Positions 10,607 to 20,189 of a stretch of 64,000 bases of DNA are shown piece by piece. A program made the position numbers and the translations under genes. The DNA comes from Usitatibacter sp. Lineage in GTDB: Bacteria; Pseudomonadota; Gammaproteobacteria; Burkholderiales; Usitatibacteraceae. The notes under the pieces are model-generated. The model made no database searches and was not told the origin of the DNA. It worked only from the letters and a program-made list of their open reading frames with translations. Each line of letters starts with the position of its first letter. Position 1 is the first letter of the stretch. The DNA is taken from positions 16,956 through 80,955 of the forward strand of contig DATAMY010000185.1 in assembly GCA_036266535.1 (NCBI GenBank), given 5' to 3'.

Positions 10607-11308
10607 ATGATCGACCTCTACTACTGGACCACGCCCAACGGCCACAAGGTCACGCTCTTCCTCGAGGAGGCCGGGCTCGAGTACAAGATCCATCCCGTGA
10701 ACATCGGGAAGGGCGAGCAGTTCCAGCCGGCATTCGTCGCGATCTCGCCCAACAACCGGATCCCCGCGATCGTCGACAACGCGCCCGCGGACGGGGCCAG
10801 GCCCATCAGCGTCTTCGAGTCCGGCGCGATCCTCCTCTACCTCGCGGGAAAGATCGGGAAATTCATCCCGAAGGACCTGCGCGGCCAGGTGACCACGCTC
10901 GAGTGGCTCATGTGGCAGATGGGCGGCCTCGGGCCCATGGCCGGGCAGAACCACCACTTCGCGAACTACGCGCCGGTGAAGATCCCCTACGCGATCGACC
11001 GCTACGTGAAGGAGACCTCGCGCCTCTACGCCGTGCTCGACAAGCGGCTCGCGGGCCGCGACTTCATCGCGGGGCGCGAGTACACGATCGCGGACATGGC
11101 GTGCTACCCGTGGGTGATGCCGGATCGCCAGGGCCAGGACATCGAGGACTTCCCGAACCTCAAGCGCTGGCTCGCGGCGATCCGCGCGCGGCCGGCGACG
11201 GCGCGCGCCTACGCGCTCGTGAAGCAGGTGAACCCGCAGGCGGGCGGCATCCGCACCGAGGCGGAGCGGAAGGTGCTCTTCGGGCAGGACCGCAGCGTCG
11301 TGAAGTGA
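10607..11308 (+). CDS. Glutathione S-transferase, YfcG/YghU-like
   Basis: MIDLYYWTTPNGHK, SPNNRIPAI, FESGAIL, WQMGGLGPM. Confidence 0.88.
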   Translation: MIDLYYWTTPNGHKVTLFLEEAGLEYKIHPVNIGKGEQFQPAFVAISPNNRIPAIVDNAPADGARPISVFESGAILLYLAGKIGKFIPKDLRGQVTTLEWLMWQMGGLGPMAGQNHHFANYAPVKIPYAIDRYVKETSRLYAVLDKRLAGRDFIAGREYTIADMACYPWVMPDRQGQDIEDFPNLKRWLAAIRARPATARAYALVKQVNPQAGGIRTEAERKVLFGQDRSVVK

Positions 11309-11317
11309 CGCGGCGCC

Positions 11318-11626
11318 CTAGTCCGCGGTCTTCAGCTCCTCGTTGATCTGCGTCATCGCCTTGTTGTAGTTGTCGGCGGCGGCGTTGGCGGCATCCTGGT
11401 TCGCCTTCATCGCGGCCTGGCGCTCGTCGATGTACGCCTTCATGCACTCCTGGTAGGTCTTCACGTCGCGCTTGAAGCGCTTCATCGCGAAGTCGTCCTC
11501 GCGCATCTGGCGGCCCGGCGCGTGGGGCGCCTGCGCGCACTGCGGGGCGGGAACGTTCGGCGCGTCCGCGGCGTGCGCGGCGAAGGCGGCCGCGGCGAGC
11601 GCGGCGGCGAGAGAGAGACGGATCAT
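11318..11626 (-). CDS. Small secreted helical hypothetical protein
   Basis: Signal peptide ending AHA, two Cys, typical codon usage. Confidence 0.7.
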   Translation of the reverse strand: MIRLSLAAALAAAAFAAHAADAPNVPAPQCAQAPHAPGRQMREDDFAMKRFKRDVKTYQECMKAYIDERQAAMKANQDAANAAADNYNKAMTQINEELKTAD

Positions 11627-11683
11627 GGTGCGGCCTTTCGTGCGGATATTTTCGACGGCGCGTAGCTTACCCGATTCCGGCCG

Positions 11684-12463
11684 TTAGTCCGGCACGGGCA
11701 CCGTGTAGTTCAGCGCGAGGCGCCCGCCGTCCGGATAGATCGTCTGGCCCGTGACGTAGGAGGCGTCGTCGCTCGCGAGGAACACGGCGACGCGGGCCAC
11801 TTCGTCCGGATCGCCCAGGCGGCCCAGGGGCGTCCGCCCGAGGATCTTGCGTTCCGCCTCGCGGTTCCCGAGCACCGCCGTCTTCGCGAGCTCGGTGAGG
11901 ATGGTGCCCGGCCCGATCGCGTTCACGCGGATGCCGTGGCGCGCGAGCGAAAGCGCCATCACCTTCGTGAGCTGGTTGATGCCGCCCTTGGAGACCACGT
12001 ACGGCACCTGGTCCGGGATCGCAACGACGGCATTCACGCTGGACATGTTCACGATGGCGCCGCCGCCTCCCTGGCGCACCATCTGGCGCGCGGCGGCCTG
12101 CCCCGCGAGGAAGACGCCCTTCAGGTTCACCGCGATCACGCGGTCGAAGTCCGCCTCCGCGAGATCGAGGAAATCGGCGGCGTGCACGATCCCCGCATTG
12201 GCGACGAGGATGTCCAGCCGGCCGAACGCGGAGAGGGCCTGCGCGACCGCCGCGTCGACCTCGCTTTTCCGGCGCACGTCGCAGGCCACGAAACGGGCAC
12301 CGGCGCCCTCCGCCTGCAGGCTTTCCGCCGCCGCACGGCCGGCCTCCCCGTTCGCGTCGGCGAGGACCACCTTCGCGCCCTCGCGCACGAAGGCGCGCGC
12401 GCAGGCGAGCCCGATGCCCTGCGCGGCGCCCGTCACGAGGGCGATCTTTCCGGCGAGGCGCAT
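11684..12463 (-). CDS. Short-chain dehydrogenase/reductase
   Basis: TGAAQGIG, ANAG, YVVSK, NAIGPG. Confidence 0.9.
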   Translation of the reverse strand: MRLAGKIALVTGAAQGIGLACARAFVREGAKVVLADANGEAGRAAAESLQAEGAGARFVACDVRRKSEVDAAVAQALSAFGRLDILVANAGIVHAADFLDLAEADFDRVIAVNLKGVFLAGQAAARQMVRQGGGGAIVNMSSVNAVVAIPDQVPYVVSKGGINQLTKVMALSLARHGIRVNAIGPGTILTELAKTAVLGNREAERKILGRTPLGRLGDPDEVARVAVFLASDDASYVTGQTIYPDGGRLALNYTVPVPD

Positions 12464-12467
12464 GGCG

Positions 12468-12959
12468 TTACTTCTTCGCGTCCGGGATCCTGCCCAGGGG
12501 CGTGAGGTCGAGCGATTCTTCCGCGGGCGCCTTGGCGGCCTTCGGAGCCTCCGACGACACCGCCTGCGCGATCTCGCCGCAGAACGGGGCCTCGCCCGCG
12601 GGGCAGCTCGCCTTCGCGCGCGAGTACACCGCGTCGCGATCGTCCTTCCCCGCACCCTTCAGGTGGGCCAGCACGAAATCCCGGTAGCCCGGGTCGTCCC
12701 GCATCGCGTGCGCCAGCTCCTGCGGGCTCTTCCAGTCGACGGCGAGCCGCAGCACGGCGTCCGTGAAGACGTCCGCGTCCTCGCCCGAATCGCAGTGGCG
12801 CCAGTCCCGCCACGCCTTGTGGAGCTGCTCCCAGCCCACGACGCGGTCGATGGCCTTCGAGGCCGCGGCGGCGTCCGCCTTGCTGCACGGCCGGTCCGCG
12901 GCCCCGGCCGAGACCGAGGCCGAGAGCAGGACTGCCGCGACGATCACCGGGATGCGCAT
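12468..12959 (-). CDS. Secreted 4-Cys hypothetical protein
   Basis: MRIPVIVAAVLLSASVSA signal; lies between dxs and the SDR. Confidence 0.7.
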   Translation of the reverse strand: MRIPVIVAAVLLSASVSAGAADRPCSKADAAAASKAIDRVVGWEQLHKAWRDWRHCDSGEDADVFTDAVLRLAVDWKSPQELAHAMRDDPGYRDFVLAHLKGAGKDDRDAVYSRAKASCPAGEAPFCGEIAQAVSSEAPKAAKAPAEESLDLTPLGRIPDAKK

Positions 12960-12970
12960 GCCGTCCCCTT

Positions 12971-14866
12971 TCAAGCCGCCATCCCCGGGCGCCGCCCGGA
13001 CCGGTCGAGCCGGGCGCGGATCGCGCCCGCGATTCCCGCGGCATCGAGGCCGCACTCGGCGAGGAGCTGCGCGTGGTCGCCGTGCTCCACGAAGCGGTCC
13101 GGAAGTCCCAGGCGCAGCACCGCGACCGCGAGCCCGTCCGCCGCGATCACCTCCTCCACCGCCGAGCCCGCACCCCCGGCCGCGGCGTTCTCCTCGACGG
13201 TGACCACGAGCTCGTGCGTGGTCGCCATGCGGAAGACGAGATCGCGGTCGAGCGGCTTCACGAACCGCATGTTCACGACCGTGGCATTGAGCTCGGCGCC
13301 CGCGTCGAGCGCCGGCTTCACCATCGAGCCGAAGGCGAGGATCGCGACGCGCTTCCCCTCGCGGCGCACGTCGCCGCGGCCCACGGGAAGCGCCGTCATC
13401 TCCGCGCGCACCGCCGCACCGGGGCCGGTGCCGCGCGGGTAGCGGACCGCGGACGGCGTGGGAAGGGTGAACGCGGTGTGCAGCATCTGCCGGCATTCGT
13501 CCTCGTCCGAGGGCGCCATCACGGTCAGGTTCGGGATGCAGCGCAGGTACGAGAAATCGAAGGCGCCGTGGTGCGTGGGGCCGTCCGCGCCGACGAGGCC
13601 CGCGCGGTCGAGCGCGAAGACCACGGGCAGGTTCTGCAGCGCCACGTCGTGGATCAGCTGGTCGTAGGCGCGCTGCAGGAACGTGGAGTAGATCGCGACC
13701 ACCGGCTTCAATCCCTCGACCGCCATCCCCGCGGCGAAGGTGACCGCGTGCTGCTCCGCGATGCCCACGTCGAAATAGCGGTCCGGGAATTCCTGCGAGA
13801 AGCGCACGAGGCCGGAGCCCTCGCGCATCGCGGGCGTGATCGCCATCAACCGCGGATCCGCGCGGGCCATGTCGCAGAGCCAGTCCCCGAAGACCTGGGT
13901 GTAGGTCGGGCGCGGGCGGGCGTCCTCCGCGGGCTTGGGCTTCACGATGCCGATGCCCGGGTCGAACTTCCCCGGGCCGTGGTAGGCGATCGGGTCGTCC
14001 TCCGCGAGCTTGTAGCCGTGGCCCTTCCGCGTCACGACGTGGAGGAACTGCGGGCCGTCGAGCCGCTTCACGTTCTGGAGCGTGTCGACGAGGACGTCCA
14101 GGTTGTGCCCGTCGATCGGCCCGGTGTAGTTGAAGCCGAACTCCTCGAAGAGCGTGGACGGCGTGATCATGCCCTTCGCGTGCTCCTCGAAGCGCTTCGC
14201 GAGCTCCTTCATCGCCGGGGCCGCGGAGAGCATCTTCTCGGCCACGCCGCGGGTGGCCGCGTAGAAGCGCCCGGACATGAGCTTCGCGAGGTAGTTGTTG
14301 AGGGCACCCACGTTCTCCGAGATCGACATGTCGTTGTCGTTCAAGACCACGATCACGTTTGCGCCGCTCTGCTTCGCGTTGTTCAGGGCCTCGAAGGCCA
14401 TGCCGCCCGTCATCGCGCCGTCGCCGATCACCGCGACCACCCGGCGATCGATCCCGAGGCGCTGCGCGGCGACCGCCATGCCGATCGCCGCCGAGATCGA
14501 GGTGGACGAGTGCGCGGTGCCGAAGGCGTCGTACGGGCTTTCCTCGCGCCGCGGGAAGCCCGCGATGCCGCCCTTCTGCCGCAGGCGCCGCATGCCCTCG
14601 CGCCGCCCGGTGAGGATCTTGTGCCCGTAGGTCTGGTGGCCCACGTCCCAGATGAGGCGATCCTCCGGCGTCCGGAAGACGTAGTGGAGCGCGATGGTGA
14701 GCTCCACCGTGCCCAGGTTGGCCGAGAGGTGCCCGCCGGTCGCCGAGACGGACTCGACGATGAACGCCCGGAGCTCCGCGGCGAGCCGCACGAGATCGCG
14801 CCGCTCGAGGCGCCTCAGCTGCGCCGGATCGTCGATCGACTCGAGGAGGGGAAAGGAGGCGCCCAT
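12971..14866 (-). CDS. dxs: 1-deoxy-D-xylulose-5-phosphate synthase
   Basis: [45 protein letters not shown]. Confidence 0.97.
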   Translation of the reverse strand: MGASFPLLESIDDPAQLRRLERRDLVRLAAELRAFIVESVSATGGHLSANLGTVELTIALHYVFRTPEDRLIWDVGHQTYGHKILTGRREGMRRLRQKGGIAGFPRREESPYDAFGTAHSSTSISAAIGMAVAAQRLGIDRRVVAVIGDGAMTGGMAFEALNNAKQSGANVIVVLNDNDMSISENVGALNNYLAKLMSGRFYAATRGVAEKMLSAAPAMKELAKRFEEHAKGMITPSTLFEEFGFNYTGPIDGHNLDVLVDTLQNVKRLDGPQFLHVVTRKGHGYKLAEDDPIAYHGPGKFDPGIGIVKPKPAEDARPRPTYTQVFGDWLCDMARADPRLMAITPAMREGSGLVRFSQEFPDRYFDVGIAEQHAVTFAAGMAVEGLKPVVAIYSTFLQRAYDQLIHDVALQNLPVVFALDRAGLVGADGPTHHGAFDFSYLRCIPNLTVMAPSDEDECRQMLHTAFTLPTPSAVRYPRGTGPGAAVRAEMTALPVGRGDVRREGKRVAILAFGSMVKPALDAGAELNATVVNMRFVKPLDRDLVFRMATTHELVVTVEENAAAGGAGSAVEEVIAADGLAVAVLRLGLPDRFVEHGDHAQLLAECGLDAAGIAGAIRARLDRSGRRPGMAA

Positions 14867-14967
14867 GGAAACGCCCATTCTAGCGCGCCCCGCCCCCCAA
14901 GACCCCAGTCCCATTGACGGCGGCCGCGCGTTGCCGGAACCTCCCCGGGTTACCAGGGAGAACGACA

Positions 14968-15591
14968 ATGGACATGCCCGTGATGGCGGTCGAGCCGGTG
15001 ACGCTCCCCGGCAAGTCGATCCGCCTGGAGCCGCTCGCGCCTTCGCACGTTCCGGACCTGGACTACGCGTGCCGGGACCCGGAGGACGGCCGCCGGACGA
15101 TCTGGCGCTACCTCCTGGACGCCCGGGTGTATCGCGAGAAGGGGATGGCGGGCCTCGTCGCGGAGCTCCTGGAGCGGCGCGAGGACGGCACGGACCTCCC
15201 CTTCGCGATCATCGACGTGAAGACCGGCCACGCATGCGGCACCACGCGCTTCATGGAGATCCAGCCGGAGAACCGCGTGGTCGAGATCGGCACCTGGATC
15301 GGCCTCGACTTCCAGCGCGAGGGGATCAACCTCGAGAGCAAGTACCTCATGCTCAAGCACGCCTTCGCCCGGCTGAACGCGATGCGCGTGCAGTTCAAGA
15401 TCGACCACCGGAATTTCGCCTCGATCGACGCGATCGAGCGCATCAAGGCCATGAAGGAAGGGATCGCGCGCAACCACATCGTGCTGCATGACGGCACGCC
15501 GCGCTCCTCGGTGATCTACTCGATCCTCGACACGGAATGGCCCGCGGTGGAGGTCCACCTCGAGAGCCTCATGGCGCGCGCGGCCCGGTGA
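14968..15591 (+). CDS. GNAT (RimJ/RimL-like) acetyltransferase
   Basis: [36 protein letters not shown]. Confidence 0.85.
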   Translation: MDMPVMAVEPVTLPGKSIRLEPLAPSHVPDLDYACRDPEDGRRTIWRYLLDARVYREKGMAGLVAELLERREDGTDLPFAIIDVKTGHACGTTRFMEIQPENRVVEIGTWIGLDFQREGINLESKYLMLKHAFARLNAMRVQFKIDHRNFASIDAIERIKAMKEGIARNHIVLHDGTPRSSVIYSILDTEWPAVEVHLESLMARAAR

Positions 15592-17918
15592 CCGGCGGCT
15601 CGCGCTCGCAGCTCTGGGTCGCGGCGGGCGTGGTGGGCTTCGCGGTCGCGATGGCCTGCCTCCTGCTGGGCTTCAAGCATCGCGCCGCGCTGGAGGGCCT
15701 GCAGCGCGCGCGGCTGGCCCTCGTGGCGGACGAGATGCGGGACGTGGTCGAGCGAAACCTCGGCTTCGGCATGGCGTTCGGCGAGATCGCGACGCTCCCG
15801 GACGTGCTCGTCTCCACGCGGAACACCGAGGAGCTCATCACCGGGATCGACGTGGTCGATCCGTCGGGGAAGGCGATCTACTCGACCGATGCGGCGCGGC
15901 GCGGGCTCTTGCCGGAGCACCCGGATGGCGAAGCCCTGAGCGAGGCCGTCGTGCGCAATCCCTTCGGCGTGGAGCTGGGACGGGTGTCGGTCCGCTACCG
16001 CCTGGACCGCCTCCAAGCCTCGAGCGCGGCATTCGCGGGGTTCATCGCCGTGCGGGGGCTCGCGGTGGCGATCCTCGGGACGCTCGCGCTCTTCCTAGCG
16101 CTTCGCGCGATCCACGCGCGCTTCGCCCGGCACTCCCCGGCGAGCGTCACGCAGGCGCTCGGGCGGCGCTACCGCGTCGCGGCACTCGCCGCGGTCGTGC
16201 TCGCGGTCACCGCCTCGATCCTCGCCTGCGCCGCGATCGCCTATTCGTCGTTCCGCGACGAGCTCGGGCCCGAGGCGCTGCGGAAAGCCGAGACCGTCGG
16301 CCGCGCGGTCGACGCGCTCGCCCAGAAGGCGATGCGCTGGCAGCTTCCGCTGGAGAAGCTCCCGGGCATGGAGGACCTCTTCGACTCGCTCGAGCGGCAG
16401 AACCCGGAGATCACGTGGATAGCGCTCCGCGCGGACGATCGCGTGCTCGTCGGCCGCGGCAATCCCGCGCACGGGACGCTCGCCGGGAACCACGTGGAGC
16501 TTCCGATCATCACGATGGCGGACCCGGCGGTGCTCGAGATCGCGGTGGACCCCGCGTGGGTCGCGCGGCTCTTCCGCGAGATGGCGCTCGACCTCGCCGT
16601 GATCCTCCTCGTCTCGCTCGTGATCTCGTTCGAGCTCGCGGTCTACCTCACCGGCGCGGGCGCCTTCCGCGCCGCGGCGCCGGACCCGGCCGTCTCGGCC
16701 CTGGGCGCCATGCGCGCGCCCTTCTTCCTCTTCCTCTTCTCGGAAGACCTGTCGCGCTCGTTCCTGCCGCTCTTCGCGGGCGCGCTGCCGGTGGGCCCGT
16801 TCGCGATCCCGCCCAACCTGGTCGTGAGCCTTCCCATCGCGCTCTTCATGCTGATCGTGGCGCTCTCGCAGCCGGGGCTGGGCGCCTGGAGCGAGCGGAT
16901 CGGGCGGCGCCGTGCGTTCCTCGCGGGCGGCATCATCGGAGCCGCCGCGCACCTCGGGAGCGCCTTCGCGGGGTCGCTCGCGCAGCTCCTCGCCATCCGC
17001 TCCTTCGCGGGCTTCGCGTGGGCGGTCGCCTTCGTGGCGGCCCAGGGGCTCGTGATCGACAACACGGACCGGGGAACGCGCACGCGGGGGCTCGCGGTCT
17101 TCGTGGGCATCATCATGGCGGCCTCGATGTGCGGCCCGCCCATCGGCGGCCTCCTCGCGGACGGACTGGGCGCGCGCTGGACGTTCGCGGTCGCCGCCGC
17201 GCTCGCCGCCGGTGCGACGCTCCTCGCCTGGCGCGACCTCCCGCGCCTCGCCGGCCCCGCGCGCGCGCCGGTGCGCACCGGCATGAGCGACTATGCCGCG
17301 GCCCTCGCGAATCCGCGCTTCGCGGCGCTCCTCGCCCTCGCGGCGATCCCGGCCAAGGTGATCGTGATCGCGTTCTGCTTCTACCTCGTGCCGCTCTACG
17401 TCGCGCAATCGGGCCACAACGCCGCGATGGCCGGCCGCCTGATCATGCTCTACTCGGTGATGATGGTGCTCCTCGTGCCGGTCGCGACCGAGGCGGTCGA
17501 GCGCCTGCAGCGCCGCCACGCCTCGCGCCCGCACGCGGCCTTCGTGGCCGCCGGCCTCGCCCTCTCCGGGCTCGCGGGCCTCCTCATGCTCCTGCCGCTG
17601 GGGCTCGCCGGCGCCGCCGCCCTGGTCCTCCTGCTGGGCGTGGCCCAGGCGCTCTCGATCGCGCCGCAGGCCGCGCTCGTGGCCGAGGTGAACGCGGGAC
17701 GTGCCGCGGGGCTGGGAGAGAGCGCGGTCTATGGCGTCTACCGCCTGGTCGAGCGGCTCGGGAACGCCATGGGACCGGTGATCGCCGCCTTCCTCCTGCA
17801 GCTCGCCGGCTTTCCGTTCGCGTTCGCCGCGATCGGCGGCGCGGTCCTCGCGTGCGCGATCGCGTTCTATGCCCTCTTCCGCGAGCCCGCGGCGGTTCCC
17901 GTGGGGGTGGCGCCGTGA
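15588..17918 (+). CDS. MFS transporter with long N-terminal extension of two TM-periplasmic-TM modules
   Basis: GTG overlaps the GNAT stop. C-terminal ~400 aa MFS (GAWSERIGRR, GPPIGG); ~370-aa N-terminal part has 4 TM and two soluble loops. Confidence 0.78.
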   Translation: MTGGSRSQLWVAAGVVGFAVAMACLLLGFKHRAALEGLQRARLALVADEMRDVVERNLGFGMAFGEIATLPDVLVSTRNTEELITGIDVVDPSGKAIYSTDAARRGLLPEHPDGEALSEAVVRNPFGVELGRVSVRYRLDRLQASSAAFAGFIAVRGLAVAILGTLALFLALRAIHARFARHSPASVTQALGRRYRVAALAAVVLAVTASILACAAIAYSSFRDELGPEALRKAETVGRAVDALAQKAMRWQLPLEKLPGMEDLFDSLERQNPEITWIALRADDRVLVGRGNPAHGTLAGNHVELPIITMADPAVLEIAVDPAWVARLFREMALDLAVILLVSLVISFELAVYLTGAGAFRAAAPDPAVSALGAMRAPFFLFLFSEDLSRSFLPLFAGALPVGPFAIPPNLVVSLPIALFMLIVALSQPGLGAWSERIGRRRAFLAGGIIGAAAHLGSAFAGSLAQLLAIRSFAGFAWAVAFVAAQGLVIDNTDRGTRTRGLAVFVGIIMAASMCGPPIGGLLADGLGARWTFAVAAALAAGATLLAWRDLPRLAGPARAPVRTGMSDYAAALANPRFAALLALAAIPAKVIVIAFCFYLVPLYVAQSGHNAAMAGRLIMLYSVMMVLLVPVATEAVERLQRRHASRPHAAFVAAGLALSGLAGLLMLLPLGLAGAAALVLLLGVAQALSIAPQAALVAEVNAGRAAGLGESAVYGVYRLVERLGNAMGPVIAAFLLQLAGFPFAFAAIGGAVLACAIAFYALFREPAAVPVGVAP

Positions 17919-18901
17919 AGCGCCGCGCCGCGCTCGCCGCGCTCGCTTCCGCCGCGGCCGGGGCATGGGCGCCGCGGTCGAATGCGGCGCGGCCGTGGCG
18001 CATCTACATGGTGACCTGGCGCGGCATGACCGACGTGGAGCGCGGCTTCGAGGGCTATTTCACGCAGCGCGGGATCCCGGTCGAGTACACCTGGCGCGAC
18101 GCGGGGCAAAGCCCCGCCCGCGTGGCGGAATTCGCGCGGGAGGCGCGCGAGCTCCATCCCGACCTCGTCTACACCTGGGGCACGTCCGCCACGCTCGGCA
18201 TGGCGGGAACGCACGACGCGCCTCTGCCGGCGGCCGCCCCCATCGTCTTCGCGCTCGTGGCGGACCCCGTCGGCTCGAAGATCGTGCCGCGGCTCGCGGG
18301 CCAAGGCCGCGACGTGACCGGCGTCTTCCACGTGGCGCCGCTCGCGGCGCAGCTGCGCGCGATGCGCGCGTACCGGCCCTTCAAGCGGCTGGGCGTCCTC
18401 TACAACGGCGCGGAAGCGAATTCGGTGGCGGTCGCCAACGCGCTCGACGCGGAGCTCGCGCGCGACGGCGGCGAGCTCCTGCGCACGTCGTTCGCATCCG
18501 GCGCGGACGGGCGACCGCTGGGCGACGGCATCGAGGAGCGCATCCAGCGGCTCCACGCGCGCGGGGCGCAATGGCTCTATCTCGGTCCCGACACATACCT
18601 TTTCACGCAGATCGACCGCGTGGCGGCGGCCGCGCGCGAGGAACGGCTCCCGACCTTCGCGACGACGGAGTCGCTGATCGATTCGCCGGCGCCGGTCCTC
18701 GCGGGCCTCGTGTCGCGCTACCGCACGATCGGGGCGTTCGCCGCGTACAAGGCGGAGCAGATCCTCGCCGGGCACAAGCGGGCGCGCGAGCTGCCCGTGG
18801 AGACGCTCTCCCGCTTTTCGTTCATCGTCCGGGTGGAGGTCGCACGGGCGCTCGACGTCCTCCCGCCCGTGACGCTCCTCAACTTCGCGGAGTTTCGTTG
18901 A
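17915..18901 (+). CDS. ABC-type substrate-binding protein (ABC_sub_bind-like)
   Basis: GTG/TGA overlap; KRRAAL signal; PIVFALVADPV, GVLYNGAEANS. Confidence 0.8.
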   Translation: MKRRAALAALASAAAGAWAPRSNAARPWRIYMVTWRGMTDVERGFEGYFTQRGIPVEYTWRDAGQSPARVAEFAREARELHPDLVYTWGTSATLGMAGTHDAPLPAAAPIVFALVADPVGSKIVPRLAGQGRDVTGVFHVAPLAAQLRAMRAYRPFKRLGVLYNGAEANSVAVANALDAELARDGGELLRTSFASGADGRPLGDGIEERIQRLHARGAQWLYLGPDTYLFTQIDRVAAAAREERLPTFATTESLIDSPAPVLAGLVSRYRTIGAFAAYKAEQILAGHKRARELPVETLSRFSFIVRVEVARALDVLPPVTLLNFAEFR

Positions 18902-19418
18902 CGCCGCGCGCGGGACAGGGATAGACCGCGGAGACGCGATTGTCCGCGGTGAGGGCCTGCAGGAGATAGGGCGGATTGTCCGAGGCGGGCCGGCGGCGCA
19001 CGTCGAACCGGGCGTTGCGCTCGAAGCGCAGGAACCCGCGCACCGGGATCGCGACGTGCGCGAGGGGCGGCTTCCTTGGATCGGCGGACGATACGACACC
19101 GCACTTGATCCCGAGCACGGCCGCGCCCTGGGCGCCGGGCGGCCGCACCTCCGCCTCGAAGAGCGCGAAGCCCTCGTCGCCGATCCGGTCCGGATTGCAG
19201 TCCGCATTCTTGGGGTTGCAGCAGAACTCGCGGCCGGGACCCACCGTCTCGGCGAAGAGCTTCGGGACGGCGAGGCCTTTCAGCGCGATCACCGTCGCGC
19301 GAACCGAGGCGTCCGGCAGGGCGTTCCTCACGCAGTACGCCATGGCTTCGCGCGATGCGACGAGCGCACCGACGAGGAGCAGGGCATGGAGGGCGGCGCG
19401 CATGGCGAATGCACGCAT
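18879..19418 (-). CDS. Secreted Cys-rich hypothetical protein
   Basis: Signal ending AMA; YCVRN, FCCNPKNADCNP; start 19418 or 19403. Confidence 0.6.
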   Translation of the reverse strand: MRAFAMRAALHALLLVGALVASREAMAYCVRNALPDASVRATVIALKGLAVPKLFAETVGPGREFCCNPKNADCNPDRIGDEGFALFEAEVRPPGAQGAAVLGIKCGVVSSADPRKPPLAHVAIPVRGFLRFERNARFDVRRRPASDNPPYLLQALTADNRVSAVYPCPARGVNETPRS

Positions 19419-19502
19419 GGTACGCGACCGGGGGGGCACGTAGAATGCGGCAAAGGTCCTACGACCAGGGGCGGCTAGGCAATGGGGAGAGCGGGCGCCA
19501 AC

Positions 19503-20189
19503 ATGAGCGTGCAGACGTCCGATGCTTCCCCCAGGCCCATGACCGTCCTCGTCGTCGACGACCACCCGCTCTTCCGCGAGGGCCTGCGCCAGGTGCTGCA
19601 GGGGCTCGCCGGGGAGACGCGCGTGATCGCGGAGGGCGACGCGGAGAAGGCGCTCGCCGCCGTGCACGAGATCGCGGACCTGGACCTGGTCCTCCTCGAC
19701 CTCTCGATGCCGGGGATGAACGGGTTCACCGCCGTCCAGCGCTTCTCGCGGGAGGCGCCCGGCGTGCCCGTGGTGATCATCTCCGCGCACGAGGAGCCCG
19801 CGGACGTCCGCCGCGCGCTCTCGCTGGGCGCGCTCGGCTACATCCCGAAATCGACGCCGCCCAACATCCTCCTCGATGCGCTGCGCCTCGTGATGGGCGG
19901 GGGCGTGTACGTCCCGCCGCTCTTCCTCCACGCGACCCGGCAGGCGGGAGCGCCCGCCGCGCCGCCGGCGGTCCAGGGCGAGCTCTCCGGCGACGGCGTC
20001 CTCACCGGCCGGCAGGCGGACGTCCTGGTCCTCCTCTCGCAGGGCAAGAGCAACAAGCTCATCGCGCGCGACCTCGAGCTCTCGGAGAAGACGGTGAAGG
20101 CGCACGTGACGGCGGTCTTCCGCGCGCTGGGCGTCGTGAACCGCACCCAGGCCGCGATCGCCGCGCGGCGCCGGGGGCTCATCAAGTAA
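19503..20189 (+). CDS. NarL/LuxR-family response regulator
   Basis: VVDDHPLFREG, LLDLSMP, LTGRQ..SNKLIARDLELSEKTVKAH. Confidence 0.93.
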   Translation: MSVQTSDASPRPMTVLVVDDHPLFREGLRQVLQGLAGETRVIAEGDAEKALAAVHEIADLDLVLLDLSMPGMNGFTAVQRFSREAPGVPVVIISAHEEPADVRRALSLGALGYIPKSTPPNILLDALRLVMGGGVYVPPLFLHATRQAGAPAAPPAVQGELSGDGVLTGRQADVLVLLSQGKSNKLIARDLELSEKTVKAHVTAVFRALGVVNRTQAAIAARRRGLIK

